Below, in pieces: positions 9,881-18,578 of a DNA stretch of 64,000 nucleotides. The position numbers were made by a program, and so were the translations under genes. Positions within the stretch are counted from its first letter, which is position 1; every line of letters begins with the position of its first letter. The notes beneath the pieces were generated by a model, which did no database searches, was not told the origin of the DNA, and worked only from the letters and a program-made list of their open reading frames with translations. This stretch comes from an uncultured bacterium (lineage in GTDB: Bacteria > Hydrothermota > UBA3072 > B12-G15), in assembly GCA_965612735.1 (NCBI GenBank), contig CBFDSV010000003.1, positions 6,113 to 70,112 on the forward strand. The letters are read 5' to 3'.

Positions 9881-10809
9881 TCCGGGAAGATAGAAATCCA
9901 GTACCTTTCTACTGTGCTTTTCAGATAATTCCATTGTTCCTCCATGTCCTCTTTTCTTTTTTTTCTTCTCCTTATGAAAGGTATGTATGTTTTATTGAGT
10001 TCTTTCCTGTAATCTTCCATACTGATTGAACCGGTGACGAGTTTTCCTGCAAGTCTTCCAGTATCAATTGCAGAAAGAATACCAGCACCTGTTAAGGGGT
10101 CCGTAAATCCACCAGCGTCACCTACAAAAAGAATCTTTTGTTCCATAAAGGGATGTGGTTCTTCCTGTGGTATCAGACCACCAGTTATTTTGATGGGCTC
10201 ACCTTTTATAAATCCCATTTTCTTAAAAAATTCTATCACCCTGGGTATCATGGAACTGATTCTTCCCCTCATTCCAAGACCTACATTTACCATCTCTCCT
10301 CTGGGGAAGCACCAGGCATAACCGTGTTTTATTTCTTCAGTGAACCATACTATTGTGTATTCAAGTGGTTTTACCAGTTTGAACCTCATATTCACTGCAG
10401 AAAGGTGTTCCTTCTGTGGTATCAGGCCTTCTATTGCCCTGCCTGGACCTGATGCTATGCATATCCATTCTGTCCTGTACTCACCCCTATCTGTTCGCAC
10501 CCTGCCATTTTTTACATACAGTACTTTTTCTCCAGTATGGACATCACACTTCAGTGATGATAACCAGTTCTTCTGCCATGCTTTCCTGTCAATAACCTTT
10601 CCCTTTACTGGAGAAAACTTTTCACCACCAGGATATATGGTAAGCATACCCTCTGTTTTCTGAATACAGGGAATATCAAGGAATGGTGGTATCCATTCCG
10701 CACAGGAAATATTTTCATAGGGTGTTTTTTCTCTCTCCAGGAGCAAAACTCTCCCTTCAACAGTAGAAGCGCAGGACAGTCCTGCGGGACCTGCACCCAC
10801 CACAATCAG
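9877..10809 (-). CDS. FAD-dependent oxidoreductase, geranylgeranyl-reductase-like family
   Basis: VVGAGPAGLSCAS is a GxGxxG dinucleotide fold. The probable GTG start lies 2 nt after the upstream gene's TGA, suggesting translational coupling. Confidence 0.6.
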   Translation of the reverse strand: MIVVGAGPAGLSCASTVEGRVLLLEREKTPYENISCAEWIPPFLDIPCIQKTEGMLTIYPGGEKFSPVKGKVIDRKAWQKNWLSSLKCDVHTGEKVLYVKNGRVRTDRGEYRTEWICIASGPGRAIEGLIPQKEHLSAVNMRFKLVKPLEYTIVWFTEEIKHGYAWCFPRGEMVNVGLGMRGRISSMIPRVIEFFKKMGFIKGEPIKITGGLIPQEEPHPFMEQKILFVGDAGGFTDPLTGAGILSAIDTGRLAGKLVTGSISMEDYRKELNKTYIPFIRRRKKRKEDMEEQWNYLKSTVERYWISIFPE

Positions 10810-11834
10810 TCTATATATACCTTAAGCTCCTTTTTTATAGACTCTATCTCCTCTGGAGAGGGAGGAAAAGGAAAATTTCTAGGTTCCTCGGATGGTTTCT
10901 CATTTGCATAGGGTCTGTTGCAGGCAACCTCTCCGTCTCTTCCAGTGCACCCGGATGTCATGAAGGGTTTTCCAGATGCTATATATGGTCCAATCTCTAC
11001 CCCAAAGTCTATTATCCTGTCCTTTTCATCAAACCTCATTATGTCTGCCCTTGAAATGCCATTATCTATAAGAAACCTTGCAAGTTGTAGTCTTCTATAA
11101 GTGGAGATATGTGGTCTTGGATGTTCCTGAAGTTTTGAAAGGGGTTCTGGAAAAAATGAGAACAGGTGGGTTTCTCCACCCATATCCCTGATTTTCTGGA
11201 TTGCATACACCATTTCCTTCTCTGTTTCTCCAATACCAACGATGAAATGAGAACCCACATTCCCTTTACCAAAGTATTCAAGTGCAATCTCAAATGTTTT
11301 CCAGTATCTTTCCCAGTTGTGTGGTCCATTCACACCCCTTCCCCTGTGGTAATCAAAAAGAGTGTCTGTGGCAGCATCAATTGCAATACCTATTTTGTCT
11401 GCACCTGCTTCCTTGAAAGTGAGAAAGTCCCTTTCAAGGGTCACTGTGGGTGAAATAAGCATGGAGATGGGAACATCTGAAAACATCCTTATCTTTCTTG
11501 CAATCTTCACTGTATCCTCAACAGAGCGTCTTCTTGTCACCATTGATATGCACACCCTTTTAATCTCCTTTTTCTCTTCAAGTTGTGCAATCCTTTCTGC
11601 AATCAGGTCGGTGGGGAACACAGGCCAGTCAACCCTTATGAAGGATTTGTCCTGATACTCACCAGGTCTGATTCTGGATAGACCGCAATATGAACAGTTG
11701 GCAGTACATCCATCCCTGTATGTAACAAGAAGATTGATGCAGTAAAGTTTGGCATCCCTGTAAAATCTTCCAGGAACAAGGTTAAGGGTTATTCCTGCAG
11801 CAAGGCTTGTTCTCACATAATCAGGGCTTTCCAT
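10806..11834 (-). CDS. Radical SAM protein, biotin-synthase-like (candidate LipS-type lipoyl synthase subunit)
   Basis: CTANCSYCGLS forms a CxxxCxxC motif. The BioB-like block GSHFIVGIGETEKE lacks the BioB CSGG cysteine. A C-terminal Cys pair is present (SGCTGRDGEVACNRPY). Confidence 0.6.
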   Translation of the reverse strand: MESPDYVRTSLAAGITLNLVPGRFYRDAKLYCINLLVTYRDGCTANCSYCGLSRIRPGEYQDKSFIRVDWPVFPTDLIAERIAQLEEKKEIKRVCISMVTRRRSVEDTVKIARKIRMFSDVPISMLISPTVTLERDFLTFKEAGADKIGIAIDAATDTLFDYHRGRGVNGPHNWERYWKTFEIALEYFGKGNVGSHFIVGIGETEKEMVYAIQKIRDMGGETHLFSFFPEPLSKLQEHPRPHISTYRRLQLARFLIDNGISRADIMRFDEKDRIIDFGVEIGPYIASGKPFMTSGCTGRDGEVACNRPYANEKPSEEPRNFPFPPSPEEIESIKKELKVYID

Positions 11835-11952
11835 AACTTCCTCCGTGGTTGTTTTCGGTGAATGCTATCAGAAAACTGAAGAAAAATCAAGCGATGAATT
11901 GTTGACTTTTCGGGAAGATAATATTAAACTGTGAAAAAGAAAGGAGGAGGTC

Positions 11953-13197
11953 ATGGTGTTTTTATTTATGCTTTTTTCAGTTACAGTTGAGAAATTGCCA
12001 TTTGATTCAGGAAAGAGTATCTATGTCTGGACATTTTCCTATGAGAAGGATTGTCATCTATTCCCGGAGATTGAAGGTTTCAAAAAGGCAGAAATCTTGA
12101 GGAGGGAGAGGACAATTGTTTTAAGGATTGAGGGGGTGATGAATGGTCAACCTTTTGAGGATGAAAGAAACCTCACAGAGGAGGAATACAGCAATATTGT
12201 GTCAAGGGTTGATGTATACCTTTCAACCCATAAAAAACTCAACAGGGAGGGATGGGGGCTTTACCTGCTGGCCACCCTTGAGGTTGGACTTGTTGAATGG
12301 TCACCAATGGGTGCTATTGTTACAGAGAAGGCAGAACTATATCCCATTTTTGCAGCGGCAAGTTTCTTTGCCCCCATGTTTCTCACCAGGAATGTTGATA
12401 TTACCAATGGACAGGCGTGGTTTTCATGGATAATGGCACACCATGCATATCTATTTGGTGTTTCAACGAGTATGCTCTTGTTGGATTCCACAAACAGTAA
12501 ATTCATAGCAGGTTACATGCTTGGGACTGGAATACTTGGAGAGATAGCAGGGTTCAAACTTGCAAGGAAATGGAACCTATCCATGGGTAGTGCAGAGATG
12601 TACAATCATATACTTTTATCCTCCGAGATTTATGGAGGACTTCTTGCCAATGCACTCTTTTCAGGCAAACAGGATCTCTGGGATTATCTGTGGACAGGTG
12701 CATTGATTGGTGAGATCGCAGGGTTTACAGGATGGTACATGTGGGGAAAGGATGAGTACACATTTGGTGATGCCATTGCGTATGATTCATACGGTTTCCT
12801 TGCCCTGCTCACTTCCTATGCAACCATCTCCTCCATTTCAAACTCTGTGGATGATAAGTGGAAGAGTTTGATAGTGTTGGGGATGCATGCTCCAATGAAC
12901 CTTTACGGACTGAAGATATTCAGAAACAATCAGATACCCTTTACAGGAGGACTGGCAATCATTGGTGGAACAGCCGCTGGTCTACTTTTAGGGATTGGAA
13001 CAGGTGCACTCCTGGGTCTTGACATGAGCCGTGAAGGGTGGTGGGCTCTTGCAGCAGGTGGGTGGATTGGATTCATTCCCTCCTATCTTATGGCAAAGGG
13101 AATGAGTGGTGGTAATACAATGCTTGAGATTCACCCGGAGATAAGGTTTGCTGATTCAAAACCCATTTATGGGCTGGGAATCTCAGCAAGGTTTTAA
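11953..13197 (+). CDS. Hypothetical membrane protein with internal GxxGEIAGF repeats
   Basis: Hydrophobic N-terminus. Duplicated TGILGEIAGFKLARKW and GALIGEIAGFTGWYMWGK segments, plus Gly-rich transmembrane-like stretches. Confidence 0.45.
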   Translation: MVFLFMLFSVTVEKLPFDSGKSIYVWTFSYEKDCHLFPEIEGFKKAEILRRERTIVLRIEGVMNGQPFEDERNLTEEEYSNIVSRVDVYLSTHKKLNREGWGLYLLATLEVGLVEWSPMGAIVTEKAELYPIFAAASFFAPMFLTRNVDITNGQAWFSWIMAHHAYLFGVSTSMLLLDSTNSKFIAGYMLGTGILGEIAGFKLARKWNLSMGSAEMYNHILLSSEIYGGLLANALFSGKQDLWDYLWTGALIGEIAGFTGWYMWGKDEYTFGDAIAYDSYGFLALLTSYATISSISNSVDDKWKSLIVLGMHAPMNLYGLKIFRNNQIPFTGGLAIIGGTAAGLLLGIGTGALLGLDMSREGWWALAAGGWIGFIPSYLMAKGMSGGNTMLEIHPEIRFADSKPIYGLGISARF

Positions 13198-13236
13198 CAG
13201 GGTTTACGAGTTAAGGGTTTTGTATATACTATATGT

Positions 13237-14082
13237 ATGAGAAACTTGTTTATTCTCCTGCTCCTTGCAGGATGTGTTTTACATAAAAGTCCCATTGAGA
13301 ATGTTGATACATCTCCACCAGAAAGGGTAGTGAAACTTGTCTTCATACACCACAGTTGTGGAAGAAACGGGCTTGAAACAGGTAACGGAGATCTTGGTGA
13401 TTCCCTCAATGCAAATAACTATTTTGTGAGTGAATGCTACTATGGGTGGGATGAACATCCTGATACTGCCCATTATTCTGTAATGGGAGACCATACTGAT
13501 ACAGAGGATTGGCCGTACTGGTTCAATGATGTTGTGATGCCCTCTGTATATAAGTCAAATTCACATCCATCCTACGATAACAAAATCCCTGACCCTGGTG
13601 GAGAGAATGAGATAATCATGTTCAAGTCCTGTTTCCCATGCAGTTATGTTGGTGAATCCATTGAGGATGAGAAGGCTATATATAATGCCCTTCTTGACTA
13701 TTTCAGGCAACATCCTGAAAAGATGTTTGTTCTTGTAACCCCACCACCAATGAGAACAATTGAGAATAGCCATCTAACAAGGGAACTCACAAACTGGCTC
13801 TGTGATTATGAGAATGGGTGGCTCAAGGACTATCCATTGAATAATGTTTTTGTTTTTGATTTTTATAATGTGCTTACAGACCCAAACAATCATCATCGTG
13901 TAGAGGATGGAGAGATTCAACATATTGTGAGCGACAACCCTGTTGACCTGGAACATCCCAATGAACTTTACTATTACAGTGGGAGTGATAATCACCCCAC
14001 ACCAGAAGGCAACAGGAAGTCCACAGAGGAGTTTGTCCCCCTTTTGAATGCATACTGCCATATGTGGAAACAGGAGGAATGA
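13237..14082 (+). CDS. Hypothetical lipoprotein
   Basis: Signal peptide with lipobox LLLLAGC. No domain recognised. Confidence 0.5.
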   Translation: MRNLFILLLLAGCVLHKSPIENVDTSPPERVVKLVFIHHSCGRNGLETGNGDLGDSLNANNYFVSECYYGWDEHPDTAHYSVMGDHTDTEDWPYWFNDVVMPSVYKSNSHPSYDNKIPDPGGENEIIMFKSCFPCSYVGESIEDEKAIYNALLDYFRQHPEKMFVLVTPPPMRTIENSHLTRELTNWLCDYENGWLKDYPLNNVFVFDFYNVLTDPNNHHRVEDGEIQHIVSDNPVDLEHPNELYYYSGSDNHPTPEGNRKSTEEFVPLLNAYCHMWKQEE

Positions 14083-15497
14083 GGCAGCGTTCTTTGATTG
14101 AAGAGTATTTAAAGCGGATAAGGAGGCTTGAAAGGGCCGTTAAAAGAATAAACCAGATTAAGACCCCCGAAGCAATCATTAAGAATGTTCTCAAGGAGTG
14201 TAATAACATCCTGAAATCTTCTTCCTGTGCTTTGGTACTTAAAAGGGAAAAAAATCTATGGGATGCATTCGTATATAAAAAGGGTAGAAAAATCCTGAAG
14301 AATGATACGATTGTGTCCATTGAAAAACCAGATATTGTTTCCCTTTTCCCTGGAAGGGGTTTATTTATCGGGGAGATTTCAATAAACATTGATGATAAAG
14401 ATACAGGATATTTTTATGGAGCGTTTGATAACAGGGAAACACTTGAACACGCAGAAAAGTTTATCTTCTCCATTATAGAAACCATTCTGATAAGTGCACT
14501 CTCCAGGATTGAACTGCTGAAGGAGGTTAACTTTGCCCACAGGCATTTGAAGATTGTCTATGATATGAGCCAGTCCATCATATCCACAACAGGATTTGAT
14601 AAACTGATAGATAAACTCTTTAAGGAGATTCAACAGCATTTTGGTTATGAGAATATGGTGCTCTTTGTAAGGGAGGATGATGAAACCATGATCCTGAGAT
14701 ATTCAACCCGTCCGCTCCTTGGGCATATTGGTCTGAAATTCAAGATTGGGAAGGACGGCATCGTTGGGCATGTGGCAAAAACAGGCAAACCCTATTATGC
14801 GCCAGATGTGTGGAAAGACCCTTACTATATTATTGGAAGATTTCCTGCTCGTTCAGAATTCACCATACCACTGGTTCTTAAAGGGAAAGTAATTGGTGTG
14901 CTTGATATAGAGAGCACAAAACCCAATGCATTCCCCTCTGAAACAAGAGAGATTCTCAGTGCACTTGCAGCAAATATTGCAGTTGCCATGGAGAGGGCAA
15001 GACTATATGAGGAGACAGAGAGGCTTTCAATAATGGACCCATTAACAGGGGTTTCCAATAGAAGATTGCTGGAAAAGATGCTCCAGAATGCAATAGACCG
15101 TTCAACACGATACAATCGGAAGTTTGCTGTTCTCTTTATTGATTTTGACAATTTTAAGCCCTTCAATGATAGATATGGGCATGCAGAGGGGGACAAGGTA
15201 CTAATTTCACATGCACAGGTGATCAGGGAGCACCTGAGAAAGAGTGATACAATAGGAAGGTACGGTGGGGATGAATTTATTGTTATACTTTATAATGCAT
15301 CAAGGAAGTATGCAGAAAAGGTGGCAAACCGCATATTGAACAGTATTGCAAAGAGCAGATACAGAGAAGTCACTGTGTCCATAGGGGTATCTGTTTATCC
15401 TGAGGACGGAGAAAATGTTGAAGACCTTATCAGGTCGGCTGATGCTGCTTGCTACAAGGCAAAGAAGTTCGGTGGTCAGAGGGTTGATTTCGCCTGA
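14079..15497 (+). CDS. GAF-domain diguanylate cyclase (GGDEF)
   Basis: C-terminus carries RYGGDEF and DPLTGVSNRR motifs, with a central GAF domain. AGGAGG RBS precedes the ATG at 14079, which overlaps the upstream stop. Confidence 0.8.
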   Translation: MRQRSLIEEYLKRIRRLERAVKRINQIKTPEAIIKNVLKECNNILKSSSCALVLKREKNLWDAFVYKKGRKILKNDTIVSIEKPDIVSLFPGRGLFIGEISINIDDKDTGYFYGAFDNRETLEHAEKFIFSIIETILISALSRIELLKEVNFAHRHLKIVYDMSQSIISTTGFDKLIDKLFKEIQQHFGYENMVLFVREDDETMILRYSTRPLLGHIGLKFKIGKDGIVGHVAKTGKPYYAPDVWKDPYYIIGRFPARSEFTIPLVLKGKVIGVLDIESTKPNAFPSETREILSALAANIAVAMERARLYEETERLSIMDPLTGVSNRRLLEKMLQNAIDRSTRYNRKFAVLFIDFDNFKPFNDRYGHAEGDKVLISHAQVIREHLRKSDTIGRYGGDEFIVILYNASRKYAEKVANRILNSIAKSRYREVTVSIGVSVYPEDGENVEDLIRSADAACYKAKKFGGQRVDFA

Positions 15498-15567
15498 TTG
15501 TTTCATTATAAGACACACTGTTTCAAGTTAAATCATCCAGTAAAATAAACCCCTTTGATTATCAAGG

Positions 15568-15596
15568 TCTTATAACTGGCACAGAATATGTATAAT
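15568..15596 (+). promoter_or_regulatory. Candidate sigma-70 promoter with a perfect -10 TATAAT (15591-15596) preceded by TG
   Basis: TATAAT lies 22 nt upstream of the AGGAGG RBS of the Gly-rich gene. The -35 is weak (TCTTAT). TGGCAC at 15577-15582 also resembles a sigma-54 -24 element. Confidence 0.4.
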
Positions 15597-15618
15597 GTCT
15601 GCAAAAAGGAGGTGTGTT

Positions 15619-15900
15619 ATGTTTGGATATGGATGGTATGGTCCTGGTTTTGGATTTGGTTGGGGTAGAGGCTGGGGTAGAGGTTGGGGTAGAGGTTGGG
15701 GTTTTGGAGCAAGGCTTGGTTATTGCCCCTGGACAGGTCTTCCACGGGGATGGAGGTGGGCCTATGGTGGATTTTATCCCTACTGGGGTGCATATAATCC
15801 CTATTTTTATACAAATCCATATGTAAATCCATATGGATACTGGGGGTATCCACCAGAGCCCTACAACCCACAGCAACCTGAAACTTCAGGGAATAAGTGA
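15619..15900 (+). CDS. Small Gly/Trp/Arg/Tyr-rich low-complexity protein with (GWGR)4 and NPY-type repeats
   Basis: AGGAGG RBS, then MFGYGWYGPGFGFGWGRGWGRGWGRGWGFG...YNPYFYTNPYVNPYGYWGYPPEPYNPQQPE. Minus-strand and alternate-frame ORFs over the same DNA are repeat artefacts. Confidence 0.55.
   Translation: MFGYGWYGPGFGFGWGRGWGRGWGRGWGFGARLGYCPWTGLPRGWRWAYGGFYPYWGAYNPYFYTNPYVNPYGYWGYPPEPYNPQQPETSGNK
15658..15705 (+). repeat. 4x tandem 12-bp coding repeat (GGT/C TGG GGT AGA), encoding GWGR
   Basis: Direct tandem copies visible in the sequence. Confidence 0.9.
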
Positions 15901-15909
15901 GGTGGAGAA

Positions 15910-16515
15910 ATGAAGATACTTGTTACATCCACAGGGCCCACCCTTGATTCCCCTGTGGATATGAGGTTTGGAAGGTGTGCCTACTTCATACTTGTTGACC
16001 CTGAAACAATGGAGTATGAGGCAATCAGTAATCCCTATGCACAGGCACCGGGTGGTGCAGGTATTCAGACTGCACAGATGGCACTCCAGACAGGTGCTTC
16101 TGCGATTATCACTGGTTCTGTTGGTCCAAATGCATCTGGTGTACTTGGAACAACAGGGATAAGGGTCTTTGAAAGCCCGAATGTAAGTGTTGAAGAGGCA
16201 GTGAGGATGTACAAGGAAAATAAATTACAACCTTTAACTGTGGGAGGTGGTTTTATGCCAGGAGGATTTGGAATGGGAGCAGGGTTTGGTGGTGGATACG
16301 GTAGGGGTGGTGGTTTTGGAAGAGGTTATGGTAGAGGCGGAGGTTATGGAGGTTATGGTGCCTATGGTGGCTTTGGTCCAGGATACAATCAATGGACACC
16401 ACCCCAGATGAACCCTGCTGAAGAACTTCAGATATTGAGAACTCAGGCGGAGATGCTTAAAAGGCAACTTGATGCAATAGAAAGAAGAATCAGGGAACTT
16501 GAAAATTCAGGCTGA
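15910..16515 (+). CDS. NifX/NifB-family (dinitrogenase FeMo-cofactor-binding fold, PF02579-like) protein with RGG/YGG low-complexity tail and C-terminal coiled coil
   Basis: MKILVTSTGPTLDSPVDMRFGRCAYFILVD...IITGSVGPNASGVLGTTGIRVF matches the fold. The tail reads GGGYGRGGGFGRGYGRGGGYGGYGAYGG, followed by LQILRTQAEMLKRQLDAIERRIRELE. Confidence 0.7.
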   Translation: MKILVTSTGPTLDSPVDMRFGRCAYFILVDPETMEYEAISNPYAQAPGGAGIQTAQMALQTGASAIITGSVGPNASGVLGTTGIRVFESPNVSVEEAVRMYKENKLQPLTVGGGFMPGGFGMGAGFGGGYGRGGGFGRGYGRGGGYGGYGAYGGFGPGYNQWTPPQMNPAEELQILRTQAEMLKRQLDAIERRIRELENSG

Positions 16516-16546
16516 TGATGTATGATTGTGAAAAAGGAGGTGAAGA

Positions 16547-16861
16547 ATGAGGATAGCAGTGAGTGCTACAGAGGCAGATTATAATGTTGCTGGTGTTGAC
16601 CCGAGATTCGGAAGGTGTTCATTTTTCATAATATACGATACAGAAACAGGTGAATGGAGTTCCTTCCCCAATCCAGCAAAGGATGCAGTGGGTGGTGCTG
16701 CGATAAAGGCTGTGGAATTTCTTAAAAGTAAGAATGTTGATGTTGTTGTTACAGGTAACCTTGGTCCCAATGCAACATCTTCTCTTACAGCAGCAGGGAT
16801 AAGGGCAATAACAGGAGTAACTGGAAAAGTGCTGAATGCGGTGAAGAGGGCGGGTGAATGA
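16547..16861 (+). CDS. NifX/NifB-family small protein
   Basis: MRIAVSATE...DPRFGRCSFFIIYDTETGEW...VVTGNLGPNA matches the fold. Confidence 0.7.
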   Translation: MRIAVSATEADYNVAGVDPRFGRCSFFIIYDTETGEWSSFPNPAKDAVGGAAIKAVEFLKSKNVDVVVTGNLGPNATSSLTAAGIRAITGVTGKVLNAVKRAGE

Positions 16862-17691
16862 AGGTAGCCATTGGAAGTGGAAAGGGGGGGACGGGAAAGA
16901 CGCTGCTTTCAACCTCCCTTGCCCTTTCACTTGAATATGTGAGATACCTTGACCTTGATGTAGAGGAGCCCAATGGTCATATTTTCATAAAACCAGACAT
17001 CAGGGAAAAAATACCATTCTCAATCCCTGTACCAGAAATAGACTTCAACCGCTGTACATATTGTGGTGAGTGTGCAAAGGCATGCGAGTTCGGGGCAATA
17101 TTTGTAGGGACAAACACGGTGAATGTCTTTGAAAAACTCTGCCATGGGTGTGCCTCATGTAAACTTGCATGCCCTGAAAATGCAATAAGTGAAAGGCCAT
17201 ATGTTGTTGGTGAAATATCCATTGGAAGGCGTGACAAGATTGAATACATAATGGGATACCTGAAGTTGACAGAGGCATTATCAACCCCACTTATCAGATA
17301 CATAAAAAAAGAGTATGGAATGGTCTCAGGTGACATTATTATGGACGCTCCACCAGGGACTTCATGTCCATTTGTTCAGTCTATTTCTGACACTGATTTT
17401 GTTATTCTGATCACTGAACCCACCCCCTTTGGGCTCTCAGACCTTGAGATATCTGTTGAAATTGTCAGGGACATGAAATTGAAAGCGGGAATTGTGATAA
17501 ACAGGGCAGACCTTGGTTCAGAAGAAGTGAAGGAGAAGATAAAGGGGCTCGGGCTTCCTGTACTTCTTGAAATTCCATTCAGTAAGGATATTGCAGTGGG
17601 ATATTCAAAGGGTATTCCGCTTGTTGATGTACTGCCAGAATACAGGGAGAAGATGAAAAAACTGTGGGAGAGAATAAGGGAGATGGTATGA
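16858..17691 (+). CDS. MinD/ParA-family P-loop ATPase with inserted 2x[4Fe-4S] ferredoxin domain
   Basis: Deviant Walker A GSGKGGTGKT. Ferredoxin-type motifs CTYCGECAKAC and CHGCASCKLACP. Start overlaps the upstream stop. Confidence 0.75.
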   Translation: MKVAIGSGKGGTGKTLLSTSLALSLEYVRYLDLDVEEPNGHIFIKPDIREKIPFSIPVPEIDFNRCTYCGECAKACEFGAIFVGTNTVNVFEKLCHGCASCKLACPENAISERPYVVGEISIGRRDKIEYIMGYLKLTEALSTPLIRYIKKEYGMVSGDIIMDAPPGTSCPFVQSISDTDFVILITEPTPFGLSDLEISVEIVRDMKLKAGIVINRADLGSEEVKEKIKGLGLPVLLEIPFSKDIAVGYSKGIPLVDVLPEYREKMKKLWERIREMV

Positions 17692-18578
17692 TAAGGGAAG
17701 TTGCCATTGTCAGTGGAAAGGGTGGAACAGGAAAGTCAACAATTACGCTTGGACTTGCTTCTTTACTGAAAGACAAAGCAGTATTTGTTGATGCAGATGT
17801 TGATGCCCCTGATATGTACATTGTTATGGAGCCAGAACTTCTTAAAAAAGAGGATTTTGAAGGACCAAGATTCCCTGTTTATATACCTGATAAGTGTACA
17901 GGATGTGGATTGTGTGAGCAAAATTGCAGGTTTGATGCCATCAAAATAGTGGATATGAAACCTATTTTCAATGAATTTAAGTGCGATGCCTGTGGTGTAT
18001 GCTGGAGGGTCTGTCCATTTGATGCTATTGAGGTGAGGAGGGATATTTCAGGTGAAATATATATTTCCCGTTCAAGATTTGGCCCATTCGTCCATGCAAG
18101 ACTGTTCCCTGGAAGAGAGAATTCTGGAAAACTTGTAAGCAGGTTGAGGGTTGTGGCAAAGGCCGTGGCTGACGATGCAAAGAAAGATCTTATAATACTT
18201 GATGGTCCTCCTGGTGTTGGATGCCCTGTGATTTCAACCATCACAGGGGTGTCACTCACTGTGGGTATTGTGGAACCTACCCTTTCAGGGATACACGACA
18301 TTATCAGGGTTTATGAACTATCAACATTCTTTAATATTCCCTTTACAATTGTGATAAACAAGAGTAATATAAACCCTGATATGGTTCAACGGATAAAGGA
18401 GTTTGCCAGTGAAAATGGCATAAAGATACTTGGAGAGATACCATTTTCAAGGAGGATTGTAGAGGCACTTCTTCAGAGGAAAACCATAATTGAGGGTGAT
18501 GTTGAGGATGGAATTAAGGAGGAATTAAAAAGGATATGGAATGGAATCCAGTCAATGCTCTCGCTGACGGGATTATAA
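17688..18578 (+). CDS. MinD/ParA-family P-loop ATPase with ferredoxin insert (paralog)
   Basis: VSGKGGTGKST, CTGCGLCEQNC and CDACGVCWRVCP motifs. ATG at 17688 overlaps the upstream TGA. Confidence 0.75.
   Translation: MIREVAIVSGKGGTGKSTITLGLASLLKDKAVFVDADVDAPDMYIVMEPELLKKEDFEGPRFPVYIPDKCTGCGLCEQNCRFDAIKIVDMKPIFNEFKCDACGVCWRVCPFDAIEVRRDISGEIYISRSRFGPFVHARLFPGRENSGKLVSRLRVVAKAVADDAKKDLIILDGPPGVGCPVISTITGVSLTVGIVEPTLSGIHDIIRVYELSTFFNIPFTIVINKSNINPDMVQRIKEFASENGIKILGEIPFSRRIVEALLQRKTIIEGDVEDGIKEELKRIWNGIQSMLSLTGL

Noticed and set aside
15577-15592. Sigma-54 promoter (TGGCAC-N5-ATGT) upstream of the Gly-rich/NifX cluster
   Set aside because: The -24 element is perfect, but the -12 lacks the critical GC (ATGT instead of TTGC). 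It overlaps a clean sigma-70 -10. Kept only as a possibility under the cluster finding.
15562-15876. Minus-strand 104-aa ORF and alternate + frame (15614-15826) across the Gly-rich repeat gene
   Set aside because: Repetitive GC-rich codons keep all frames open. Only the 15619 frame has an AGGAGG RBS and a -10 box, so the others are discounted. Which frame is truly translated remains unproven.
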